NCBI GenBank assembly: GCA_964016885.1
Contig: OZ024741.1
Coordinates: forward strand, 384,524,001 to 384,588,000
Direction of reading: 5' to 3'
From: Eledone cirrhosa
Taxonomy: Eukaryota
DNA: 64,000 nt
Both the position numbers and the translations under genes were made by a program. Numbering within the stretch: position 1 is the stretch's first letter; every line of letters begins with the position of its first letter. Below, one piece after another: positions 15,051 through 28,363 of the stretch. The notes beneath the pieces are model-generated. The model worked only from the letters and a program-made list of their open reading frames with translations. It made no database searches and was not told where the DNA came from.

Positions 15051-15091
15051 TAATTGATCAAAAGAACATGTTTTATTAATATTTGTATTTT

Positions 15092-15122
<31 letters not shown>

Positions 15123-15125
15123 GTC

Positions 15126-15176
<51 letters not shown>

Positions 15177-15201
15177 TACATACATATATATATATATATA
15201 C

Positions 15202-15290
<89 letters not shown>

Positions 15291-15375
15291 AACCAGTATT
15301 ACCCACTCTACTACCTCAAGTATTGACTACTTTGGTGCGTTATGGTCCACCTGGTTCCTTACCACATTTCCTTCG

Positions 15376-15415
<40 letters not shown>

Positions 15416-15610
15416 CCTTCTTTCTTACATTGGATGATTCATCTCGAAAGGTCTATTTTCTACGCGCTCATATATTCACCCAGCTTATGCTGATAGAATA
15501 ACTATGTAGCTTGTGCCTCTTCCTATCTACGGTTAGCTTTTCTCTTTGTTGTTTACTTGTCTCACTCGCTTTACGCGTTTTAATTGTCCTAATAACTTAA
15601 TTTAGTTATT

Positions 15611-15682
15611 ATTGCACCAACGTGAGGTATATGATTTTTAATGCAATGAAATATCTATGATCGTTGGCAAATCACTGATGAG
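15611..15682 (+). ncRNA. Divergent copy of the non-circularly permuted hammerhead
   Basis: ATTGCA-CCAACG-TG-AGGTAT-A-TGATTT..TGCAAT-GAAA-TATCT..CGTTGG-C-AAATCA-CTGATGA-G; compensatory changes relative to the 59950 copy. Confidence 0.7.
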
Positions 15683-16323
15683 GGACTCATTTTATAACAT
15701 GTTATCCATGTGCAACCTGCAGTATTCTTCTCCTCATTTTTTCACATATATATATATATATATATACGACAAAACCACTCTGTAAGATAAAAAGCACCCA
15801 GTTCACACGTTAACATGGCAAATTTTGAAAGAAGCCAATCGCAAATACAGATTCGTATAGCAAGATATGGTCACCTGACCTGACGTCTCATAACTTGACA
15901 ACATGTCCATGTAAACGTGGAAAATAGACACCAAATGATGATGACGATAATGATATATACATATAAAAGTATAAGGAAAGTGGTCACGCACAGAAATGCT
16001 ATAAAGATAGCTTATAAACTAAGGTGAAGACCGTTAAAAGTGCACTTTCTTTATGTTTATATATATATACATCTATTCTTGGTGCCTCAAAACCCGAAAT
16101 TTGACTTCGTACATTTTATATATATATATTCAGGTTTGCGGTTCACCACTGGATAGAGCTGGTCAATTCCGCATGGTCAATCTTAATGTAATAATATGGA
16201 GAGTATTCAACGTAAAGCAGTTCAATCGTCTTTGTTTTTGTAGTTGGTGGTGCTATTACGGAGTTAAATATTATAATGAAATGACAGGAGGCTGGACTTG
16301 TGTAAATCCTTGAAAGGTTTATT

Positions 16324-16381
16324 ATACTATGATCATTTCAATGACCGGGTTCCGTATGAATCCGGTGATATCATCAGGTAT
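16324..16381 (-). ncRNA. Type I hammerhead with palindromic stem III (ATGATCAT)
   Basis: ATAC-CTGATGA-TATCACCGGATTC(ATACG)GAACCCGGTCATT-GAAA-TGATCA-TA-GTAT. Confidence 0.7.
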
Positions 16382-18452
16382 TCGAAATATAATAAATGAA
16401 TGTAATAGATAAAATCCATGGGGCTGAAAATCAAAGACCGGAAGACGGCCGCCATCCAGCATCTTCCACCTTTGCCGGTCGCCCTCGAGTGACGTGGCTA
16501 AAGCTTATAGTGTGCTACTACCGGTCAAATAGAGGAAAACAGAAAGGGAGAGGAAGATAAGTCAGCGTTAATATCATGCCACAAGAAAAAAGAAGAAAGA
16601 AGAAAGAAGAAGGGGGAAGGAAGAAAAGGAAGAAGAAGAAAAGTCAGGGTTAATGTCAGCTATAAGAAGAAAGACAGAAAGAAAGAGGAAGAAAGGTCGG
16701 TACTAATGTCAAACTACAGTGAGGCCAGGGATGTCGCGAAAAAAATGTTTATTCTAAGGGACCCGTATCTTAACAACTACTACCGGTCAAATATAGGCAA
16801 ACAAAAAGGGGGAGGAAGATAAGTCAGCGTTAATATCATGCCACAAGAAGACAGACAGAAAGAAGGGGGAAGAGAAGGAAGAAAAGGAAGAAGAAGAAAA
16901 TTCAGGGTTAATGTCGAGCTACAAGAAGACAGAAAGAAAGAGGAAGAAAGGTCGGTACTAATGTCAGACTACAGTCAGGCCAGGAATGGCGCGAAAAATT
17001 GTTTTTCTCTAAGCAGAGGTAAATATAGTGGGGGTCTGTATGTTATAATGTGTGAGCAGAAGATTGGAACGTTACATTTTTGTTTAGATTTATAGGATGA
17101 AGTTAAAAAATTAATATTTAATATTAACATTATAAAATTGAAAGTTAAACAGTTTAACATTTTTAAGGTTGCGAGGTTTAGGCAAAGAAAGAGTCTTTTA
17201 TGAAGAAACTTAAATTTTATTATAGAGTAAAGATTATGTCTTTGTTTAGCCGTCAAACAGCATGCGGCGACTACAGGCTTGCGCAGCCCATCTACTCGTA
17301 ATATCGCGTAGCTAAAGATATGGAAATCAATTTTTCCGAGCACTCTAGGAATGTATAACAGGCTTCAGGTGCGCCAACAGGAAGTCAGCCCGCATCGTTA
17401 GGCCATCCTTGTACAAAACCAGTATCATTCATTTACCCAGGAGGGGGATTTGCTTAAGTTGAGGGAGGCGTAATACATCTAATAGTTATGATTAGATCTG
17501 TAATTTAAAGGTACTATATGGCGGTCAAAAAACCGGCTGCGCGCCGGGCCCCTGGGGCGAATCAAGCCACTCCGAGTAGTTTCATTTACCGAAAGAAGGG
17601 GAAATTTATTTTTCCAAGCACTCGAGGTAGGCCTATGCGCCAGGGGGCCGGTCATGCCGCCAGGAAAACCAACCCAACAGTCCGACAGAAAGTTGGAACG
17701 TTAAATTATTGTTTAGATTTATAGGATGAAGTTGAAAAAATTCAGAATAACATTATAAAATTAAAGAGTAAGAAGATTGAGAATTGAACAATTAGAAAAT
17801 TGAAAATTAAACATTTTAAAAACTTTTTTAAGGTTTTGCGGGATTTAGTTAAAGAGAGTCTTTCATGAGGAAACTTTAATTGTATTATATAGATCCTCTA
17901 TAAGTTATCCTAGTGGGGTGTAGAGTAAGGGATATAGTCGGGTAATATTTATTTTTGTTCTCAGGGGGAGACATTCTAGTGCTGTGTGCTAATGGGTACA
18001 AGTGAGTAAAAGTCCCAATAAGAGGAGTAGAAATACATGGACAAATAGAAGTAGAATACGTGGAAAAGCACATTAATAAAGCAAAGGTGTAAAGATATAA
18101 ATAAACCAACAAGAGTGGTGGTGGAGTAAGATGGAGAAATCAAGACATAGGAGAAATACAATATAGTTCAGGTTGCAGTATTTTTGTTCCCAGAGGGAGA
18201 CATTCTAGTGTCGTGTGCTAATGGGTACACGCGAGTAAAAGTCCGAATAAGAGGAGTAAAAAGTACATGGATGTATAGAAGTAGAATACGTGGAAAAAGC
18301 ATTAATACAGCAAAGGTAGAAAGATATAAATAAACAAACAAGAGTGGTGGTGGAGTAAATGGAGAGATCAAAACACAGGAGAAATACAATATAGTATCTT
18401 TGATTTTCATCCCCATGGATTTTATCTATTACATTCATTTATTATATTTCGA

Positions 18453-18510
18453 ATACCTGATGGTATCACCGGATTCATACGGAACCCGGTCATTGAAATG
18501 ATCATAGTAT
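18453..18510 (+). ncRNA. Inverted copy of the same hammerhead, with core A9 changed to G
   Basis: CTGATGG at 18457-18463, GAAA at 18495-18498, ATA cleavage triplet ending at 18506. Confidence 0.6.
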
Positions 18511-18681
18511 AACAAACCTTTCAAGGATTTACACAAGTCCAGCCTCCTGTCATTTCATTATATTATATATATATATATGTTTGTGTGTGTGTGTGTGTAC
18601 CGTTGGTAGGAGGCGAACTGCCCAAGACCATCTCAACTGCCTTCTCTTTGTTAATTTTCTTAAGTTTTATATACATAGACA

Positions 18682-18722
<41 letters not shown>

Positions 18723-18729
18723 TAAAATA

Positions 18730-18915
18730 ACTGTTTCTACTTTTGGCACAAGGCCAGCAATTACCCAGTGCATTACTGGTACTTTATTTTATCGACCCCG
18801 TAAGGATGAAAGGCAAAGTCAACCTCGGCGGGATTTGAACTCAGATCGTAAAGGGACGTAACTATGCTGGAAAGCATGGCGTCCGACCCTCTACCGATAC
18901 TGCCAATCCACCGCC
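18730..18915 (-). mobile_element. tRNA-type SINE
   Basis: Reverse complement of the SINE consensus (GGGATTTGAACTCAG B-box). Confidence 0.85.
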
Positions 18916-18939
18916 ATATATATATTAAAATAACACTAA

Positions 18940-18990
18940 AGTTTAAGCAAAGAATCGCTGCTTTCACCCTTAACGGGATCTTCTGAAACT
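18940..18990 (-). ncRNA. Hammerhead-like fold with CAGAAGA core (candidate)
   Basis: AGTTT-CAGAAGA-TCCC(GTTAA)GGGT-GAA-AGCA..TGCT-T-AAACT; same family at 46419-46469 and 46599-46649. Confidence 0.45.
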
Positions 18991-19040
18991 TCACATTTAT
19001 TATTATTACTACTATATATATATATTTCGTTTCTGACCCT

Positions 19041-19985
19041 ATACCATTTCCTCTCCCAATTAGCATAATCAACCATATAAAAAATCGATTAGACCAAGCT
19101 ATAAGAATAAAGGCTTCCATGAAGAAATCTCCGACAAACAACCGGAAGCCTTTATTCTTATAGCTTGCTCTAATCGATTTTTTATATAGTTGATTATGCT
19201 AATTGAGAGAGGAAATGGTATATATTTTATCTGGTGATTCTATAGACATGTTTTATGATGTATGGCTCTGATTGTTTAATTTATTAACTCTTCATTGAGC
19301 CACAAAGCGACATGTTGCAAAACACATATGTATATATATATATATATGTAAACCTTTATATGTAGTGGTCTCCCTTAGGTTGAGATACAATTTTGCGTGT
19401 ATTGTGCTGCGCTTTCTAGCAAAAGGCCACCAGTCGTGGGCGACTAATCACATTCTTTCTAACCTGACCGCTGCTACGTCACGATTCTTAGCCATTTTTT
19501 AATATATTCTTGGCGCGATCACTTTGGAAAATTTATTGTCTAAATTTGAGCTAACTTCCTGAAGAGTCCGGTGCTCCAGATGTCCGATGTTGTCGGATGT
19601 CTTAGGGTGCGGACGAAACCATGATAGAGGTAACTAAATATGTTCACTTTTCTCCTAGTTTATTTTACACCTAATTCTGTTTGGTTGACTGTGTATCTGA
19701 GCGATTTGTACACGCTGTCGAAATGCTCGATAAATGCTCCGTCGCAACCGACGCGAAGGGCTGCTTTCGGTTGTTTGTCGGAGATTTCTTCATGGAAGCC
19801 TTTATTCTTATAGCTTGGTCTAATCGATTTTTTATATAGTTGATTATGCTAATTGGGAGAGGAAATGGTATATATTTTATCTGGTGATTCTATGGACATG
19901 TTTTATGATGTATGGCTCTGATTGTTTAATTTATTAACTCTTCATTGAGCCACAAAGTGACCCGTTGCAAAACACATATGTATAT
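19041..19985 (+). mobile_element. Retrozyme-like non-coding unit: 650-nt period, partial tandem repeat plus 5' inverted segment
   Basis: 19144-19330 is repeated at 19794-19980. 19041-19144 is the reverse complement of about 19768-19871. Flanked by (TA)n. Confidence 0.8.
19543..19640 (+). ncRNA. Type I hammerhead with long G-U-rich stem II
   Basis: ACTTC-CTGAAGA-GTCCG..AGATGTCCGA(TGTTG)TCGGATGTCT..CGGAC-GAAAC-CATG-ATA-GAGGT; predicted cut after 19626. Confidence 0.75.
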
Positions 19986-20003
19986 ATATATATAAATGTA
20001 AAC

Positions 20004-20061
<58 letters not shown>

Positions 20062-20703
20062 CACATTATAAAGTAAGAAGAAACAATAGTCACAGATATA
20101 TGCCTATTTTTTCCTCAATGTCCCGACTGTACAGTTTCGCTGGTCAGTATGCAACAATCTTATATCATAGAGATGCAACATTGTTGTGAGGTAAGCCAGC
20201 TTTTCAAGGGAACACCTCAGGGAAAGAGCGTTTCCTGACACGTCCGTAGCAAGCGAGAAAATCTCAAAAAAGCGGAGGGAGATATTATCACGTGATACAC
20301 CGGTCAAGAAAGGGGACTAAATCCCTTGTAGCAGTGAAAAATGTGTCAGAAGGCGGAGGGAGATATTGATATGATACTGAGGCTCATACCGAGGCTACAG
20401 ATGGGTGGTAAGGTTGACTGAAAGTGTTTATAGTGTTTGCTTAATAGCAGTTTCTATACTTCCGTGGTTACTCCACCGTGTTACACGCGTTTCGCAGAGG
20501 ATTAGCTCCAGGTGACCCATAGGGGTTATGGACCCGACTCCAGTATCGAACAGGTTGATATGCAATAAATATTTTTCGTATCTAAACGAAACTTCCTTTT
20601 CTATTATATACACTCTGCTCGATTTGGTAGCAACACCAGTATTTCATCGCACTACATACACTATATATATATATGCATACGCGTGTAGTTAAAATATATT
20701 CAT

Positions 20704-20835
20704 AATTGTTTTTACTTTTGGCACAAGGCCATCAATTAACCAGTACATTACTGGTACTTTATTTTATCGACCCCGTAAGGATGAAAGGCAAAGTCAACCT
20801 CGGCGGGATTTGAACTCAGATCGTATAGGGACGTC
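20704..20835 (-). mobile_element. Truncated tRNA-type SINE
   Basis: Matches the SINE 3' half. Confidence 0.8.
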
Positions 20836-21028
20836 GATCTATTCATAATGGTGTGAAAGAAGATTAGATAAGAGCAGTTAACTAATAGTCAAATATTTAT
20901 GTGTATATGTCATGAAAAAGAACACATACATGTTTATATTTATATCCGCATGCCCTTGTGGTATGCATGCCCATTACAAGAATATAAGATCTCAACTGCA
21001 GCTATCACCCTGATATTTAAGCTGCCGC

Positions 21029-21029
<1 letters not shown>

Positions 21030-21060
<31 letters not shown>

Positions 21061-21540
21061 CTTCTTCTTCTTTTTCTCCTTCTTCTTCTTCTTCTTATGA
21101 GGAGGAGGAGGAAGAAGAGGAGGAAGAGGAGGAGGAGGGGGAGGAAGCGGAGGAGGAGGAGGAGGAGGGTCCTGTTAGAGGCAACCATCTCTAACTGATC
21201 CGGCTAGGTCCTCAAGCGAGATCAGCCAAGCTCATGGATGTTATCCAACTATTTCTCTTGGGGTCTACCCCTAGGTCTCCTGCCAGTTGACATAAAATCT
21301 GTCTGGCGATTCTTTCCTAATACATTTTAACCACATATTCGTAATATTGGAGTTGTGGTCTCTCAATTCGGAGAAGTAGCGGCTCTACCTGTAACGACTC
21401 TCTAGTTTCCTAGCTACAAACTATCTAGTAATATTACTCCAAGACCCCTTCGAATGAATCCCATCTCAGCTGCTTGTATTCGCGATTGTATTTTTTCTGT
21501 CATTCATGACCAAAGGTAAGGGTTTGCATGAATACCGAAT
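21030..21540 (-). mobile_element. RTE-like LINE 3' end with (GAA)n/(CCT)n tail
   Basis: Resembles the 32875-33366 segment (agatggttggataacatccatgagct). The simple-repeat tail lies at 21030-21170. Confidence 0.55.
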
Positions 21541-22386
21541 TGAAGATAATGAGTTTGGCGTTTACCCCTAACTGATAACTGAATGCTGAATCTGGCACAT
21601 TTCTGCCTCAGCTCCGACAGTTCTTGCTATTCACTCTATTCACAAAACTAACAGAGATCGTAAGTCACTGGATTGAACATTTTTTCTTAACTGTTGAACG
21701 GAGTCTGTTTTGAATGGTAAAATAATTGACATCATTGAACACTAACCCCTTATCACCTTCTTTAACGTTCCACCCTCACTAAACAAAATGACTCTTAGTA
21801 AGGCTCCTGGTAAGAATGAAATCTGCGTTGAAGTCTTGGTGGAAAGGTAAACACAAAGAGGTGTCTTTCGCATCGATGGTTGCATATATATATACCTACA
21901 TATCACCTTCACAACGAAATAAATATACTAAACGTCACGTATACATGCGAAGAACATTGTTTGTTACCGCCGAAAGTACCAAACATGACTGTCTCTGCCA
22001 CACAAACACATACAACATTTCCAGAATACTAATTCAACGCAATTTTATAAACACTGCCTCATCCATTCAGTCCGTACAATCACAAAAAAACACACAAAAT
22101 CAACAGCAGTATAAATAGCAGCATTTTCCCAAAACAATCTATGGGGGCCACACACCACCAATAAATGCATATAAACTGCAACTGGCACTCTTGGACCAAG
22201 TCCAATTTGAGCTCGTCTGCTGTAGCAAACTCCAGATTCTACAGACACAGACGAAGAATGACCAGTCAATAATGTGAAATATTTCTAAATATTTACAATG
22301 GATATATTGTTCGATTATCGCTTATATCTGAATGCACAGTATGGACGTCGGTTAGTTGGAGGTGGACAAACATTTTTACTGTTTAA

Positions 22387-22601
22387 CCCTTTTCATGCCG
22401 AATTGTCTAAAATCCCCCTCGGTTTTATGCTTATTTTTAAGTGTTTCCATTTATCTAAAACCTTTCTATCATAATTTTAAGTAAGAACATTCGTAATGAC
22501 AAACAGTTATATTACAAGATCCTTCCAAATTCATGATAATTTTCTAAGTTATTTGAAAATCATAGGCAGAGTCTTTTATAAGAAGTATGGTAACAAAAGG
22601 G
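22387..22601. mobile_element. piggyBac-like MITE
   Basis: TTAA|CCCTTTT ... AAAAGGG|TTAA termini with TTAA duplication. Confidence 0.6.
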
Positions 22602-23360
22602 TTAAGGAACAATAGAAATGTCTATCACACCTAGACGGTGAACCGACAACCTATGTGCCAAAGGTCAGTGTTAACCTGAAACTATACAACAACAACTATA
22701 CAACATAATTAAACTTGAAACCAACACATTTTTATGACATTAATCTCGCTATAAATCTAACACTAATCCATATTCTTAAACTCTAACCCTAAACAGAATG
22801 CTAATGGTGGTAATTGCATGGGTGCAGACAGAGTATTTTGACACTTGAACTAAAGGTCCATCAATTTGATATTCAAGCTCTAAGAGGAAATGTTCAATGA
22901 TTTTCCTTATCTGTATTCGTTTTGCAATATCTTAAGAACATCCCTTTCATTTAGAATTTGTTAAACACTTAAAATAGACGCAGCGGCATAAATAATGATT
23001 ATATATTGTTTATCGAATTATGGTGTAACTCAATTAAATAGATTTTAACCTAAAATTGTTATTAAACGTTAATATAATCTCTTCCACTATTATAAAATGT
23101 TTACGGGAGTGATGGGTTGGCAGTATCAGTATCGACGCCATGCTTCGCAGTATAGAGTTACGGCTCTCTACGTTTTGATTTCAAATCCCGTCGAGGTTAG
23201 CTTTGAGTTTTGCCTTTCATCCTTACTGGATCGATAAATAAAACACCAGTAATGCACTGAAGTTGATATAATCAACTTCTCCCTCTCCAAGAATTGTTAG
23301 CCTTGGGCCTGAAGATGGAAATGAGGGTGGTTATTATTATTAACATTATTTTATTACTTA

Positions 23361-24265
23361 CTAGCAGTAAAGCCCGGCGTTGCTCGGGGTCGCTCAGTAG
23401 CTGTGTTAAAGTTACAATGTTAAGTTTCTTTCTTGGCTTAAAAACTGTAGTGTCTACTGTGCAGACTTGCATGTGGTGTTTTTGATTAATATTCCCTCAA
23501 CCAACAATATGCCTTATGAAGTTAAGAAAACATAACGATAACCCGAATGTTATAACAAAAGAGGATGCTGGGGATAGAAACTGCACTGGTTATTTATTAA
23601 CAAAGATCGAAAATGTAAACACTGCAACGCAGAGAAAAACATTAGCGTAACCAAATTATCAGTTATGTCTGTCTGCACGCCTATATCACCTCTCTGCACG
23701 ACTGTCTGTCTGCACGCCTATATCACCTCTCTGCACGACTGTCTGTTTGCACGCCTATATCACCTCTCTGCACGACTATCTGTCTGCACGCGTATATCAC
23801 CTCTCTGCACGACTGTCTGTCTGCACGACTGTCTGTCTGCACGCCTAACGACGAAATATTTGCTTGTTTTACGTAGTCTTTAAATAGACTTGTTTTCAAG
23901 TAAAAATATTGTTTTAAAATGCTTTTAAATGGAAATGAAGCAAAACGGAAGCTTAGTGTTCGAACTGATGAATTTTGCAAATGTCATTTTAAACGCTGAG
24001 AAAGCCAGCGTAATTTTTTACGTAAGACGCTCAATGTAAACAGAACAAAGGGAAATAACTGATAACTTACGCTCAAAAATCGATACATTATATTCGATTT
24101 CGTCACATAGGGCGGGTCAATTTGAAATTTTTTTTTTCCGATGTCTTCGCTAGGGCTCAATGTACAAGTATAGCAATTTCGGTGCAATTCCGTGAGAGAT
24201 TCTAAGAGGAGATGTGTGCCAAAAATCGATAGACAGACAGACAACCACAGTTTTATATATATAGA
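23361..24265 (-). mobile_element. Non-autonomous Helitron
   Basis: Minus strand starts A|TCTATATATATAAAA and ends with the hairpin CCCGAGCAACGCCGGG followed by ..GCTAG|T. Internal (GTCT)n and a 37-bp minisatellite at 23666-23845. Confidence 0.85.
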
Positions 24266-24357
24266 TAAGGTCGGTGAATTGGCGGAACGGTAAGTGCATT
24301 TGACATTCTGAATTCAAATCCCATTGAGATCAACTTTACCTTTCATTTAGGGGATTG

Positions 24358-24562
24358 CAGCGGCGGCGGCGGCGGCGGTAGAGATGTTGGTGGTGGTGGT
24401 GGTGGTGGTGGTGGTGTTGGTGGTGGTGGTGGTGGTGGTGGTGGTGGTGGTGGTGGTGACGGTGGCGGTGGTGGTGGCGGCGGCGGTGGTGGTGGTGGTG
24501 GTTGTGGTGTTGGTGATGATGGTGGTGGTGGCGGTGGTGGTGGTGGTGGTGGTAGTGGTGGA
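24358..24562. repeat. (GGT/GGC)n microsatellite
   Basis: Direct reading; source of the poly-Pro and poly-Val ORFs. Confidence 0.95.
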
Positions 24563-24861
24563 GGCGTTAGTTGTTTGTGTTTGTGGTGGCTATAGTCGCC
24601 ATTGTAGGTTGGGGTGACGATGATGATGGGGGAATGGAAGCAGTCGTTGTCGTAGGATTTTGTAGACATTATAGAAACGATTGTTCGTTTCAGTCCGTAC
24701 GAAAATCAAGTTATCAATAGTTTGTTCTAATTTATATACAGAAGTACGAAAATGGGGAAAGCATATTTGAGAAACCGCATAATAACATTCTTCTCATTAA
24801 TGTCATCTTTATCATGTTATCATGAGCATCATCAGCATAACCATTATTATCATGATCATTA

Positions 24862-25365
24862 AGGCGGTTGATTGGCACTGTCGGTAGAGCGTCGAACAAT
24901 ATGCTTTGCGATATATAGTTACGTCCCTTTACTTCAGAGTTTAAATTCCATCAAGGTTAGCTTTACTTTTCATCCTTACGGGGTCTATAAAATAAAGTAC
25001 CAGTAACGCATTGGGTCTAATTAATCGACTTTCCCCTTCTCCTAAAAGTGTTAGCCTTGTCCTTTAATCAGAAACAATTAATTCATAACACGAAGATAGA
25101 ATATAGCTACAACCAGAATACATAAAACAAATGTTAAGCAATATTGATTTGGTTTCTAATTTAAGCACAAGGCCAGCAAATTTGGAGTATGGGTAAATTT
25201 GACTCAATGAACCCGTACTTGACTGAAATTTTATTTTATCAACCTCGGAAGAATGAAAGGCAAAGTTGACTTTAATAGGATTTGAACTCGGAATGTAAAG
25301 AGCCAGAACAAATATCGCAATGGCATTTTATCCGACGCTCTACCAATTCTGCCAATTCGCTACCT
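24862..25365. mobile_element. Two divergent SINE copies, tail to tail (+ 24862-25075, - 25150-25365)
   Basis: SINE consensus blocks in opposite orientations. Confidence 0.75.
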
Positions 25366-26432
25366 TTCTGTTGAGTTATATTGAAAAACGAAATTGAAAA
25401 GATGTGAATGTCATATGATTCTTAGTCCATAAATGTTTGCTTTTTTCATTTGCTTAATTCATAATGACAAGAGCAGGAACCATAAGATTTACAGGCCCAC
25501 ACAGATATGTGTTCCAAATATGAGAAGAGCAATAATAAATAGGCATTATAGGCCCTCGCAGACTGTTGATGGTTTGTGTAATTAACTTTCAGCTTTAATA
25601 TATCTTGTTTGGTGTCTCTAAAGCTGAAAAGACACAGATGTAGTATTGAGAAAATTACAGTTCCGGAGATAAAAATTTGGGCGAAATAGTAGCGATGAGA
25701 TTGAGAAGGAAAATGATCGAGGATGGCGGATTGTCGGGCACGGTAAAATAAAAAATAGGGAAAAGAAACCCCAAATGATGAACAGGTTCTAACAAAAGGT
25801 ACAAAGAAGAAAAAATATGAAGAGAAGTTCATCACTGGCTCGAAAGAAACCAAGAGAAAACCACCTTCTGAGAATCCAAGAAGTTTTCTCTGATTAAAAA
25901 AATCAAAGGAAGACTTCATGGATATCCTGAATACACAGGTGGAAAACGAAATCATGAAATTTCCGGTTTGCGAAGAGATGAGAACATGTTATAAGGAACA
26001 TTGGGAGGTTAGACTACTGGGGGAAATCATCAGCTATACAAAAGCAATCAGGAGAGTGTGAGTCCCTTTCTACCCTGTCCGACTAGAAAACTACTCCCGG
26101 ATACGTTTGGGATGAGCTATTTCGAGGACTATGACATGTATATGGGAGCAGAAGGGGGACAGAGTTGTGAAAAGTCCTAATTTAAATAATGTGGAGGCTG
26201 CTCTTCAGTCGTCAAGGGATCATGCTGCCTTTTTTTCTTTTTTGAAGTTATCTTGTCTTTTAATTGTATTTGTTTCGATATATTTATTAAATTATTTGCA
26301 TAACTTTAACACTTCTAACCTGTCTTCGATTAAATCTAACTTTGCTGTACATCTCAACAATCCCCACGGTTTTGTATCCCCTTTGTAACAAATATATTGT
26401 ATGCATGAATGGACCCTGGTGGCAAAATAAAT

Positions 26433-26478
<46 letters not shown>

Positions 26479-26697
26479 CAGCAGCAGCAACTGCAGCAGC
26501 ACTGGGCTGAGTTCAAATCCCACCGGGGGTTGGCTTTGCCTTACATCTCTCCTGGATCGATAAAATTTATTGTAAATAGCAGACAAAAGTACTAAGGGTC
26601 GATTAAATCGACCCCACCCCACCATCCCCTAGATTGTACCATCCGTCTTGTGCCAAACTTAGAAACCATAATTTACTTTTACTCTTTACTTTTACAT

Positions 26698-26730
<33 letters not shown>

Positions 26731-27248
26731 CTGCTGCTGTTGTTGTTGTTGTTTCATTATTGTAGTAATAACATTAAAGAATGGAAGAGGGACACTAAGT
26801 ATGAAGTAATAAGTATCGTATGTAAACTAATGATCGTCTACATTGAGATACGCAATAAGAAATACCGTTCGATATTCTGGGTGGAGTTTGCCATTGCTAT
26901 ATTATTTTCCATCTTATCTTCAGACAAGCTGTCTCTTATTAAAAATCGACCGAGCCAAGCCTTATATTGATTTTTATAGAGAGATCGCCATGACACCTGA
27001 ACTATGCACAAGTTTGTTTTGTTTTTATTGTTTGGTTTTGTTTGTTGTTTGGGTTAGGTTTTGTTTGGAGGGAAGGGAAAGGGAGGTAAGTTGCGTTTTA
27101 GAAAACAAATATTATTTCTGTTTGTGCTGCATCGAAATAATGGGATGATTGTTGATTGGCCAATGTTCTGAGACGACAAATAAACATACTTGGTTCTTAT
27201 TGGGTGGATTATCATCTTAATTGGATCAATTTCTGTAACTAGCAATAT

Positions 27249-27364
<116 letters not shown>

Positions 27365-27815
27365 TCATTGAAGTTAGAACTGGTCATTCCATATGTAGGA
27401 GTAGGAAAAACACTCGACATACGTAACTCATCCATCTTTGATGTTGAATCCTGTTGGTTGTGCGGGAACGAAGTTAATTATTATTGAATGAAATGACAGG
27501 AGTCATTGAGGGAGTTACATGTTTAAATATTAAGTTAACATAAAGTTACCGAATCCAACGCTGTCCACTTTTCTCCGTCTCCATGGGCTTATATGCCCAA
27601 CTTAGACTATTATTCATAGTTGAAACCGTGCGGTAAAGCCATTAACTTGAAGTTAACTTAATATTCAAATAAATATTCTAAAGTTTAATATAACAGATGC
27701 GGTGGCAGTTCAATTTCGAGTATATAGTAAATAAATTATATAAAATAATACTTTTTAACATAAATCTATGGTTAGACATTGGGAGTGAGTTCGTCGTTTA
27801 AATGGGCCGTAATAT

Positions 27816-28165
27816 ATTCTTTTACTCTTTTACTGGTTTCACTCATTAGACTGCGGTCATGCTGGGGCACCACTTTATCGACCTCGGAAGAACCAAAGAC
27901 AAAGTTGACCTTTAAACACAGAACTTAAAGAACAGGAAACAAATACCGCTAATCCTCTATTCTGTTGAATAAGAAATAATTGTTTCTACTTTTTGGCACA
28001 AGGCCAGCAATTACCCAGTACATTACTGGTACTTTATTTTATCGACCCCGTAAGGATGAAAGGCAAAGTCAACCTCGGCGGGATTTGAACTCGGACCATA
28101 AAGGGCCGTAACTCTTTGCTGCAAAGCATGGCATCAGACCCTCTACCGATACTGCCAATCCACCA
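27816..28165 (-). mobile_element. Nested/adjacent SINE copies
   Basis: Tail TTCTTTTACTCTTTTACTGGTTTC..GCTGGGGCACC, followed by a full copy at 27980-28165. Confidence 0.75.
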
Positions 28166-28363
28166 CACGTCTCAATGATATTGTACACGTGTTTCTCTTG
28201 CTCACAGCAGTGAGGTGGATCTTCACACACTAAATATGTGGATATAAATACATATATATATATATGTGTGTGTGTGTGTGTATGCGTGTGTGTGTGTGTG
28301 CGTGTGTGTGTGTGTATAATAAGGAGTAGGAACGAGGTAACAAAATAGTGTTATTATGTTTAT

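Larger units (their letters stand above)
12636..15080 (-). mobile_element. 5'-truncated PLE with an inverted copy of its 3' (pLTR) region at the 5' end
   Basis: 14555-14783 minus translates LSQLIWSLKERN..CALCTMETLLI..LINKKSELFSSCLH (GIY-YIG C-terminus). 12728-13030 is the reverse complement of 14783-15080. A nested insertion lies at about 13748-13938. Confidence 0.8.
16240..18563. mobile_element. Non-coding element with inverted HHR-bearing termini and three internal tandem duplications
   Basis: About 16270-16437 is the reverse complement of 18397-18563. Internal duplications: 16517-16740/16777-17000, 17057-17230/17685-17890, 17945-18165/18180-18395. Confidence 0.75.

Noticed and set aside
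20464-20560. GAAAC-GCGT-GTA 3' half of a hammerhead (minus strand)
   Set aside because: No matching CUGANGA core found upstream.
25720-26200. Lys/Glu-rich reading frame resembling a LINE ORF1 remnant
   Set aside because: Multiple stops and no diagnostic motif; cannot be assigned without a search.
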